A DNA stretch of 63,430 bases, the filler included, from Sphacelaria rigidula (lineage: Eukaryota), in assembly GCA_964200075.2 (NCBI GenBank). It is 4 parts of 4 records of this genome, joined end to end, with 100 filler letters (N's around TTAATTAATTAA, not from the genome) between each part and the next. Parts side by side here need not be neighbours in the genome. Positions count along the whole stretch, not along the records: positions 1 to 15,783 come from CAXNAA020001593.1; 3 more parts are not named here. One strand, given 5' to 3'. A program made the translations under genes and the position numbers. The notes beneath the pieces are model-generated. The model was not told the DNA's origin, did not search any database, and saw nothing but the letters and a program-made list of their open reading frames with translations. Shown piece after piece: positions 1-10,325 of the stretch (the first letter of the stretch is position 1; each line of letters opens with the position of its first letter).

Positions 1-64
1 GACCAGGCTCGCAATCAATCACCAAGCGCGAAGCGCTGTGATGTGTTCGGCGAGTCGTATGAAG

Positions 65-3000
65 GGTGAGGTGCATCCTGCTAGGATTGCTCGACCCGAA
101 GCGTACTGGTTATCTTGCATTTGGATGGCCTTCTCCAGTGAGTTGCTTCATTTTCTAGTGACGCCACTTCCAGAGACAGCCACGGTTTACACACTGCCTC
201 GTGGGCGTCTCACCATCCCGGGGGGGGGCGGGAGGGCGGATGGGTTGATCCTTCGAGACCACGCGCTCGTCCTTAGAAAGGGGAGGAACTGCAAGTGAGC
301 CAAAAGAAACAAAAAAAACTTAACGGCGCTATTATATTGATGCGTTGTGCTGATGTCCTTAAATCTCCCGCAAGTGTGGGGGGGGGGGGGGGGGGGGGGT
401 GAGAAAGAGTTTGGTTGACGTGTCTGTTGGAAGACTGACCAACGTAGCNNNNNNNNNNTCTCGCTTAGAGTGGAGGCGCCCAGTGTCCCCTGCGCCGCCA
501 CTGGGTGGGGGGGGTGGGGCCGGGGCGTGGGCGCAGTACTCAGGTCTTGCTTGCCTTAGTCGTTTGACCATTGACCACGCATCCATTTCGAGACGGAGCA
601 CCGTTCCTACTCCTAAGAAAGACACCTTCAATATTCCGGCGCTCATTACGCATCTTCCATACAGGGGCGTACTCATCTGTTGCCTGCCTTATTAGTAATC
701 ATTTGACCATTGACCACGCATCCCTTTCGAGACGGAGCACGAAGCAGGCATTGTGCTATGGGAGAGATTGAACGGTTCTGCGGGGTTACCAGCTCAGTGC
801 GTGTTTTGTAGACTGCAAATCAACTAGCAGAAAAATCGGGGGAACAGATTCAGAGCAAGCTCGTTTGTGTGCGCGGTTGGAGTCCGTGCGAATTTGAAGT
901 GCATAGCGAGAAAATCCGGAGGATGTTGACGAACATCGGCGAATAGCAACCCCTACGGTAAAACCCTAACGGTTTTTGCATATCGTGATCACGAGATGAA
1001 CTACGCCCAATGTAGCGCCTGATAGCTCGAGCCGTAGTTCTCAATCAGCTTATCGATCTCATGTTTGTCTGTCTTTTATCAACCGGTTACGAACTGAAGC
1101 AGCTTGGTCTCTTCTTGTACACACATGTCACCTCGCACCGACTCTTCTGGCTCATATCGCGAAACAAATATCCACGCAAATGGCCGTTGCTCGGCCAATA
1201 TTCCACCAGCGCCACTACCACACGTGGGTCTTACGGCCTACCTCTGTAGTAGGTGTCTGAGTGTTGGTACATGCCGGGAGATGCGTCGAAATGCCAAGCA
1301 TGGGTCTTCTCGGGGGGCAATCGCGAAGATCTTGTGTGGTATGTCAATTTTATTGCGCTGTTTCCGATAAAAGAAGCCAAGAGTATTGTTTTGTACGGTT
1401 TCGGTACAGAACATAGAAACGAGAAAAATGACGCGAAGTAATTAAAATGCATGACACTGACCGGGATACGTACATATTTTGGCATGGGCGATTTAAGCTG
1501 AATGGACTTATCGCCAGAAGCAACAATAAATTATTTTTTCCGCGAGACTTATGGCGAGAGGTGAGAGGACGTCTCGAAGCAGAGGAAGTCGTCGCAGGAC
1601 GGGGCATGAACGGCTTCCATTGGTCGGGCATCAGTGTAAAGCCTGGAGGGGATGAGATTCCTTCTCGCAACGACCTCTGGCGACACAACCGCTTCTTGCG
1701 AGAAACATTTTGCGACCAGTCCACGTAGTTTAGACTGATATTTACCTAGTCGTTATAGGAATTTATCGCGGGAAGCCGAGATTACTCCGTACTTATCGCG
1801 AGAGGTCCTCACGCTTATGGCGAGAAGCACGGAGTAATATCGCCTTGTCGCCACAAGTCCTCTCGCTGATGGCGAGAAGGTGCAAGTGTTTCCAGTATTT
1901 TGGGGGTCTCTCCATGAGTCCTCTCGCTTATTGCTAGAACCCTACCCGTCATTTGGCCTATCGCGAGACGTAAGAGGGCTTCTTGCGATAAGCCGGAATA
2001 ACTTCCTGCCTCTCTCCATAAGCGAGAGGAGTCCTCGCGATAACAAAAAGACGTTCAATGGACGATGCCAGAACATGTTTCATAGTGCATGGACCCATCG
2101 GATCGAAATTTGACGATTCCGCAGGTTATCCTTCCTGACGAAATGTTTTGATCAAGCACGCCCTCATCCGTCAATGACGGGGGATTGAAGGTATGACAAA
2201 AAACATTCTCTGACCCACAAGTAGTCCAAGTCATCTATTGCCCTCATTTTTCTTTTCTCGTTAGGATACCTCGTGTATACATATTTTGTCGGGCAGGATC
2301 GCCGACACATGGCGTGAATCTTCATATACTAGGCCACCGGACTTACTTACGGGGCGAACTCGTATGAGCGCACGACATCTTCAGGTATACGTGAACCTAC
2401 TTTCACCATACTCAGGTACATGGTGCATGGGTATTGCATCCCGGTCAGACATCCAGCCACCGGACTGGCCGATTTCGCCGATCATGCACGTTTTTTGCGA
2501 AAGATGCGTCGGGTACACCTGATGCTTCTGTCGGCGTACGTACGTACGTATGTTGTACATTGTACAACAAGCACCTGCCATCGAGGGTGGTGCACTGACT
2601 ATTGCACTCCGTACTAAATTACTGCCCGTTCTCCGGCCTCAAGGGGTTGGCCTAGGTTGTGAGATTTTCCCGTGAACGATTATTTTGGAGCATTGGCGTG
2701 CATGACACTCCTTCCTTTGCACTCGTTGAACACGATTCTGTCCGTCCGTGCACGGATGGATCATCTGTAGAGGACATTCCGTGGCCGAACGCCCGCACGC
2801 GAGAGTCGGACGTCGTTCGGAGATCGGAAAACACGAGCTATTCGGCGACGGTACCCCATGGGAAGAGCTCAAAAGCGTACGACCACCGTTGTTTCAGCAA
2901 CTGTTTGAAGGACTATCATAGAGTATGGGCTTTCATCTCCTTGAAAGCCGCCAAATTCAGGTACAGGTTTGAAAGAAACGACGAAAGCATCAGGTGTACC

Positions 3001-6000
3001 CGACGCATCTTCCGCAAAAAAACGGGTATGAGGGGCGAAATCGGCCAGTCCTGTGAAAGGAAATCCAGTGGGGCTGTGATACCCGTGCACGCTCCACCTG
3101 ATTATGGCGGAAATATGTCAGGGGTTTTGGAGTATGTGCCCTGTTTTGACACAGAGGTTACCGTTAGCAGCTGTTGGGCCCACCACGTAAAAAGCGAGAG
3201 ACAGATAGTTGAAGAGCTTTGTATTGATGGTTCCCGGAGAAGAGAGGTAGGTTGGGCAAAATTCATCCAAGATGACCTGACAATACAGTCTACACGTGTG
3301 CCGTACGAGTCGTAACCAAACATACCGCTATTCCAATTATACCGCAAGTCGTCTTTCACTCTGGGTTACTTATCATCGTTTTCCTGACAAAGTATGCCCA
3401 TGCTTAAAATCGTGAATGACTACTCATGGCCTGTGCGTTGGTGTTCGATCGCATGTTTCATTAATCGGCGGTCGGATGTCGCATGTTGACTCAGTGATAT
3501 ATGATGTCACACAAGTGATACAAGGTGCGGCCGGAGGCCTGATGCAAACAGCACGTTCCCACGTGCAACGTGCGCTCCCCCTCCGCAGAGAGGTGCTGGG
3601 CGATGTCATAACGCGCTTGACGCGAGAGAATCATTCATGTTTCCGAACCTACCATTGGTTGGGGAAGAGCCACGAAAGGACAACACAAAACGACGCAGTC
3701 CTTCCCCTGAAAACGCGAAGTTTGCTGGCGCCGAGTTCGGTCACTGTGTTCGGTGAACAGCACCTCGGCAAATCAAAAACTGATTTTGCGGGTATTCTGG
3801 TTGCTAAGGCGGGAGGCTCGGGTAGAGCGCGCACCCGACTACATCGATCAGTGCGGATAGTCCACAAATTGGGGATGGATTTGTTTTTGGGGATGAAAAC
3901 GCGGAAAATAAAAATCTTCAAATCCACACCAAATCTTCGAAGTTTGGTTCCATTTCTTTACTTGCTGGTAGCTATTGACAACTGCTGCGAGCTGGTTCAG
4001 ATTGAATGCACAAATTTTACACCCCGGGGATTCCTCCCGCCATTGTTTCGAGTTAAACCACGAAATTTTGCACACATACTCTGGAGGGCAATATCTAAAA
4101 CTCGAAGAGGTGCTTTTTTCGATTTGAGGTTTCGCCGTCGAGATAGCCGGATTTTGACCCCCCCCCTCGGTCAAGTACTCCAGCAAGGACCCCGAATAAC
4201 CGGCCACCACGACAACAAATTAAAAAAAAACCTCTTCGAGTTTTAGAAAGTGACCTCCAGAACACGCGTGCAAAATTTCATGGTCTAACTCGGAGAAACG
4301 GCGTGAGAAAATTGCAAAACGCGCGCTGAAGTATAAATATGTCTGCGCGCCCCCCTAATTACTTGATTCAAGTACACTTCGGACGCTTTTCAACGTTTTG
4401 GTCACGGCAAACGACCCTGCCGCGTCAGTCTTTTGAGTTTTCCTACCAAACTTGGTACGAACGTTACTTGGACGACCCCGAAGCGTGTGGTATTTTTTGT
4501 TCTGCAAAGGGAGTTCTGTACCGGCTATTGGGGGTCTTGAGGCCGTCGGACCCCCGAAAGCCAGTGCAGGTCCACCCACCTATCGGAACATCCCGGTTTT
4601 TTTCATTCGTATTTGCAGCATCAATTTCCACCAAGATGCCAAGTTTGAAAGTGATTGAACTGTTTTTCGGGGAGACATGAAGGAAACCGTTGGCGCCGGC
4701 TGCACGGTCTCCAATGCTGTGTTCGCAAGAAATTTGGCGTCGTCGTTGCCGAAATATCACGTTTTTGGGTACTACTCGATGCCAGGACAACCGTTTTCAA
4801 AACCGTTTTTTTCTTTAGGTTCAGTGAAAGACCAAAATTACCATGATACAAGAAGTGTGGAGATTATACTTCATGCAGGGTGAAAAAATCGCATTTTTAG
4901 TTCTACACAGTTTGGAGGCCGCTGATTGGCCGAGACTACACTAACAGCTGTAGCTTCGCACCCAAGCCCAAATTTCGAAAAAGGGAAAAGTCATGTTGTT
5001 GGATTGCTCATGGGGAACATTGTAATGTCGATTTTATAAATATTGAGCTTGTACTGCGTCCGGGAATCCCCGGGGTGTAAATTTTGTGCGTTCAATCTGA
5101 ACCAGCCTGTACACGCCATACAAATTTGGAGTTCGACAACGGACATGTCGGGGTCCTAGGTGAAGAACCAATTCTGAGGCCCGACCGGATCACCAAATCC
5201 CCCCAAAATTAGTTTTTCATCCAGGACCCCGACATTAGGGTTATCGAAATTGATATTTGTATGGCGTGTAGCAGGTGTGTCAACAGCTACCAGCAAGTAA
5301 AGAAATGGAACCATACTTGAAGGATTTGGTGTTGATTCGAGTACGAAGATTTGAAATCTCCGGATTCTCATCCTCAATGAAAAATCCATCCCCATTTTGT
5401 CAAATCCCGTGTTCACATCCTCCTGGAAGCAGTTGGTAGGGCAGCCCAGACAAGATATTTGGGGGAATAATGGCTGCATGGAATGTACCTCGCAGATGTT
5501 TTCCTACCCAGGGTACGGCGAGTTTCGGTGAAAGACCTCTTTTTCGTGCATAATCTTATGCGGGTACATTGTACTGGAGTATCTGCTTTCTATTTATATT
5601 TTTCAAGGCGCTGGCCCTGTGCATGTATGTCCCCATTCGAGGCGCCCGAAGAATTTTGAGCGAAAGCGGTGTCTCTTGCGAATTTTCCAAATCCGCATGC
5701 TCGATCCAAAAAGCATCTTGATGGATGAAGAGCACAAATGTTCATTACTAGACTCATTTCCTTGGTGGTTATTGCACGAGGATGCCCAAGGAATCCAGTG
5801 TTTGATGTTCTCATTTTCCGCGCGTGCAGTATTTTTAACGTACCACACTACTTCAGATATTTGCCAAGCTCTGTATACCTTCCTTCTCGTACATACCCTC
5901 TCTTCCCCTGCCCCCCCCCCCTGGTCCGGCGAGAACCCGGCGTGCTCCGTCCCGGCTTTTGTAAAGATGCGAGGTCAATGATCTCATGATGAAGGCATGC

Positions 6001-7825
6001 AAAATCATGAAAACCCCCCCCCTCCTCGCTCGCGTGTGCTTCTTGGGGACGGGTACGTTGTCTCGAGGGGTCAATACATCTCTCTCCCGGTATCTGCACA
6101 AGTCCCGATATTTGCGCATCCTTTAAATTGTCGCCGACGCTGCTTTGTCAAACGCACGTCACCATGCTTTCCAAAAAGCACAAACCAATGGATGGGTCTT
6201 TTTCGAAATCCGCTTGAACTGGCAAAAAATGCACCACTTGTTACTCCGACCTGATTTCAAGTTTCTTGTTCAAGCTATGTCGCCCCTCCCTTTCCCCCGC
6301 TTGACCCGTGTGCGGATCGCCATCGCCTTGCATGCAGAAGTCGGCGGTAATGGCGGAGATAGTAGAGACACTGGACACACCGGAAAAATTGAAGGAACAA
6401 ACGATGCCGGAAGCAACGGCAATACCGACAATACCGCAAGCCGTTATGAACAACCACTTGGGACGCTTGAGTTATCTGGAGCACCTGGTCAACCTGGGTC
6501 GTCAGGATCCGGGCGAGCTGTTCAGGGTGTTGGAGGAAGATCCGCTGAAGGTTGTATGATTGGTTTTGATCATCAATGACTTGTGGTGACGGTTGTCGTG
6601 GTGGTCATGGACACTTTCTGCGATAGCCCCCCCCAGAATAAGTGGCTGGTTTGGGGAGGAAAAATCTACACGTGAATCAAAATGGAAAAAAAGAAGCCGA
6701 GCACAACGAGCAGCTGGGAATTCCCACGCTTGGGTTCGTTTATGCCAATGTCGCCCATATGAGGCGCTTCACATAGCCTGAAGCCGAACATCAGGCACGG
6801 TATGCCCCTTACCTTCGCGACAGTTTCAGGTTGATTTTTTGGGGGGGGGCTATCGCAGAAAGTGTTCATGGTGTTTCGAAAACAAAATGATCAGTTATGA
6901 GTATGACGTTGATGCTAAGGGTGTGAGACAAAAACAAGAGTAAACCAGCACGGTAAACAATCGTCATCATGATGGCGAGGATAATGGGTAATGATAGACG
7001 GTCATGAGCTCGAGCCCGGCCACCCGAGCCGGGTGAAAACCCGTGCGTGTAGATAACTAGTCCCAGGGAGCTCCATAGTACTTTTCATATTTTGCATTCT
7101 CATGCAGCCTATGGGTACGTCTTACAGTGTCAGTTGTATCAGTACATTGAATGAAGGATTGGCAAATTATCAAATGTTTTCGCAGGCATGAGTTCAAATG
7201 TCCTGTACCTTTGAACACCAGTGTGATGATATGCGACTCAACCCAGGGAGGTGATATCTTTCGTCACCGTGTGATAAACTGAGGCTTTTTTCGGGATTAG
7301 AAAAAATAAGCCCTGGTGTGGTTTATTGTATTGTGTAATTTTTTCGAAGGGGGTGTGGTGTCTAACGAAAGTGTGGTATCTTATGCAACCTACGGTAATG
7401 CGCACAAGCTCTTCAGTGTCCGCTGGCATCTGTACAATGGAGTCCGGGACGATGAATTCACTAATAGCTATAATGACGAATGACAGCATGCTTTCGCGAA
7501 CACTGTATGATTGAAAGAGTCCCTCGTTTTCACTCCCGTCTTCTCTGCCGCCACACAACTTCTCATGACGTGTCGAAAACACGACGGTCGACGTTGAAAG
7601 TCGCCAGTCACTGAAATACCCCCCAAAACACTGTTTTGCACGCATAATGTAGGTATCAGTGGACTCCCCGACAAGCTTCGTCTGCCCTCCGCAACATGAG
7701 CGGTTTTCAGAGCCGGACATGCGAAATCACGCGGCTGAGGAGGAGTTTCGCCGTGGAGGCGGTTTCTTGTACTACCAGCACCTCAGGAAGGCAGGGGGCA
7801 CAGCATTTTGCGAAATGGCTAAGAG
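65..7825 (+). CDS. Partial spliced gene, sulfotransferase-like (PAPS-binding 5'-PSB motif); exons ~65-137, 1253-1338, 2297-2384, 6338-6550, 7653-7825
   Basis: Exons join in consistent phase (0,2,0,0), reading ...GWPSP|VSECWYMPGDASKCQAWVFSGGNREDLVW|IADTW...ARHLQ|KSAVMAEI...LEEDPLK|VSVDSPTSFVCPPQ...GGFLYYQHLRKAGGTAFCEMAKR. YYQHLRKAGGT fits the HxxKxGGT motif of Sulfotransfer_2-type enzymes. The last two exons are firmer than the first three. The 3' part is unresolved; 10433-10538 is a possible in-phase next exon. Confidence 0.65.
545..740 (-). mobile_element. Two 5'-truncated LINE 3'-end fragments
   Basis: tttgaccattgaccacgcatcc.tttcgagacggagcac occurs at ~562 and ~702. 562-662 aligns with the 3' end of the LINE at ~55063-55160. 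Confidence 0.6.
1470..2080. repeat. TCGCGAGA-rich repeat element, probably a degenerate MITE
   Basis: Many ttatcgcgagaag-like motifs in one orientation and ctcgcgataa-like motifs in the other; weak terminal inverted similarity. Confidence 0.45.
2462..3051. mobile_element. Non-autonomous element with ~65-bp inverted repeats
   Basis: ggactggccgatttcgcc...gatgcgtcgggtacacctgatgctt (2462-2527) is the reverse complement of aagcatcaggtgtacccgacgcatc...ggcgaaatcggccagtcc (2985-3051). Confidence 0.65.
3865..5400. mobile_element. Nested inverted-repeat elements: outer ~120-bp IR pair enclosing a Tc1/mariner-like MITE (3991-5109)
   Basis: Outer IRs ~3865-3982 and ~5276-5400 (tggttccatttctttacttgctggtagct / agctaccagcaagtaaagaaatggaacca). 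Inner IRs gctggttcagattgaatgcacaaattttacaccccggggattcc (3991-4034) and 5063-5106; the right end finishes ...CTG followed by TA. Confidence 0.7.
5920..6045 (+). repeat. Dispersed repeat, also at ~48128-48250 and ~48690-48780
   Basis: Shared core ctggtccggcga(g)aacccggcgtgct(c/t)cgtcccggcttt on unrelated contigs. Confidence 0.6.
6611..6865. mobile_element. 255-bp MITE, 24-bp perfect TIR, 6-bp TSD
   Basis: TIR acactttctgcgatagcccccccc / ggggggggctatcgcagaaagtgt, flanked on both sides by tcatgg (6605-6610, 6866-6871). Confidence 0.8.
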
Positions 7826-8399
7826 GCGAGTACTTTTTGTTCGATACGTATTCGTTGACAATGGTCATTGTGCCCTTCCGTTGATTCCGGAGGCACAACT
7901 AGTGTAGTTCATGTTTATGCCTTCTTTTTTCTCGAGCTCACTTTGGTGATTTGCTGTGAAGCACCAAGGCTCCTTCAGTAAAGACCCGCATATGGTCGTG
8001 ATAGAAACGGTTTCACTCGCCCCCCTTCCATTCTTCCCTGTACTCTTCCCCCCCCCGCCCCCCTCCCCCTCTTCTTTCTTACGCCGTAAATATATCACGG
8101 ACCGACAATGGACGAAATACTCCCCAAACGTACAGATACACTGGCCATGAAGTCACCTAAATAACCAATCTTGTCTCCCCATGGCAAAACACAGACCGGA
8201 TATAAACATGAGAACATGGAGCAGATAAAGACACGAAATAAGAAAAGTAACGATTGTTATCCTCATACTACAACAACAAAAAATTGAGGTTCTGTCCCGT
8301 ATACCGCAACAAAGGTAAGATATGAAACAAATACCAAAATCCAGACGAGTAAGAAATAGCTTGGAGGGTAACCACCTCACTCAATCGAAGACACAAGAT

Positions 8400-10325
8400 A
8401 CATCTAATACAAATACAAGAAAATCACCCCGACAAGTTGAATTCACATGAAAGTTGGGCCTCGCGGTGAGATACCTGGGAAACCGTGCCGATTTCCGTTG
8501 GGCGGTGGAAATCTGGTCACACAACATCCTAGACTGGCTTGTTTTGCGTGTACAGGCGTCGAATCAATAGAAGGGAGGACGACAGATGAGGAAAAGGTCA
8601 TGACTTACTGCATTCATGAAGCAAACATGCTGCCAATGACCGACCACATGACCGACAATGAGGAACACCAAGTGGTGCGTAAGTATATTGAGATCCTGAA
8701 GGGATGGAAGCTGGTACAAAGTGTGGGGGAATCGTCAGCAAAGCTTGCGGCAGCTAACGTCTACTCGGAAGCATTAGTTAAGAAGCGATCCATGGTGAAC
8801 CGTATTTGGAATGGGAGGAAGTGATGGAGCACGAGACATCCCGGTGTGTGAGTACAACCTTGTGCTATGCAAGCCGTCCTTGAACCCTACACGGTGAAAA
8901 TGACCTCTCTGGATGAAAGTAAGCAGTACAGCATTGGGGAAAGAATATGGAAGATACAATCGTGGCACGCTGGGATGGTTGCAGATCGCCTGGCACAAGC
9001 ATGGGGTGCTTGTGTCAAGGATGTTGAACCTAGCGTCAGGCTACGAGCATGTGTTGGAGACATCGGTTTGTGTCGGTGAGCCAACGAATGAACTGAAATG
9101 CACCAGACGTCCAACAAGTACTGGGATTGGGATATTACAGAGCCCTGACTGCGTCCCAGCTCAATGTTGAAAACAAACGAGCTGGAGATGCTCCCGAAAG
9201 GGATCGAGAGACAGAGAAAGAGAGACGAGAAGGGAGGATGAACGGAGAAGCATTGAGTGGAGTGGTAAAGCACCGGTACTGCTGGCTGGTATTTGGAGTC
9301 CCTAGCGATACGACAAGAATGGAGTTTGAAAGAAAGTGCGATAAAGTGAAACTATACTGTTTGGCGATAGAAAAACTAGGAGGGGAAGGAGAATACTTTC
9401 GAGTCACGCTAAAACAGAGAACGAGCAAAAAGGGAGAGGATAGACAAGAAACGTGGACTATGCATTGTGCAGCCACTGGAACAGCGAGTCTCAGACGTAG
9501 CCCTCAGGTAAACCGAGGAAAGGGGGGGAAGGAATCAGCAGGTTTCCGGAGGGGAAGAGAGGAAGGAAATGGTGGCCCAAATCATACAAAGACCGAACCG
9601 GAACCGGACAGAAAAATGAAGCAAAGAGATATCAAAAATATGAAGGCGGAGAAAGAACAAGAGATAACAGCGACAGCGGGTATGATCCGAAAAGGAAGCT
9701 GATGATAGAATCGTTGAAAGTGTGTGGATTTGCCGCGGAAGATTGAAAAATAAGAGAGATCGCGGATTCACGAAGTATGCGCGACTTAGATACAGGTGGA
9801 AATCCAAGGGTTATGGGAGAAAGACGGGGGAAACTAGGATGCAACGCTGAAGAGTACCCACGAATAAGGAAATAGCGGAAGGGACAGGAACGCAGGACAG
9901 GGGAGCGGGGGGAGTAGGATTCTTGGTGAAGGAATACCTGTGGGATACATAAGAAGTGATGAAGAACACAAACTTCGACGAGAGCATATACACAAGGGTA
10001 CTAGGAGAGCGGGGGAGGAAAGTGTCGTAGGGAACATCCAAATGTGCCTAGGGTTGAACAGTACGCAAACGAAATACAGAGGGAGTTTGGAAAGATGGCG
10101 GCAGATGTACTGGAGTACAACAGACAAGGAGAGGTGATTTCAGTTGGAGATTTTTAATGTAAGAATTTGGAAACGCAAGCCAACGAAATTATAACATTGG
10201 GCTGTGTGGGGAAACGAAGAAGAATACAAATGGGGCAGAGATACTGCTGTTCTCCGAGAATGGCGATATTAAGGCGTCGGGTGACAGAGTATAAGCTAGG
10301 TCCGCAGTGGACATGGACTAGAAAA
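8400..10325 (+). pseudogene. Decayed LINE 5' part: ORF1-like region plus APE endonuclease of ORF2
   Basis: Purine-rich sense strand. GAGGVGFLVKEYL at ~9902-9940 and VGDF-(frameshift)-NVRI at ~10143-10167 are APE endonuclease motifs. Many stops and frameshifts; no RT follows. Confidence 0.7.

Noticed and set aside
3416..4246. 276-aa ORF (and 218-aa ORF 2659-3315)
   Set aside because: Both cross inverted-repeat element boundaries and show no recognisable motifs.
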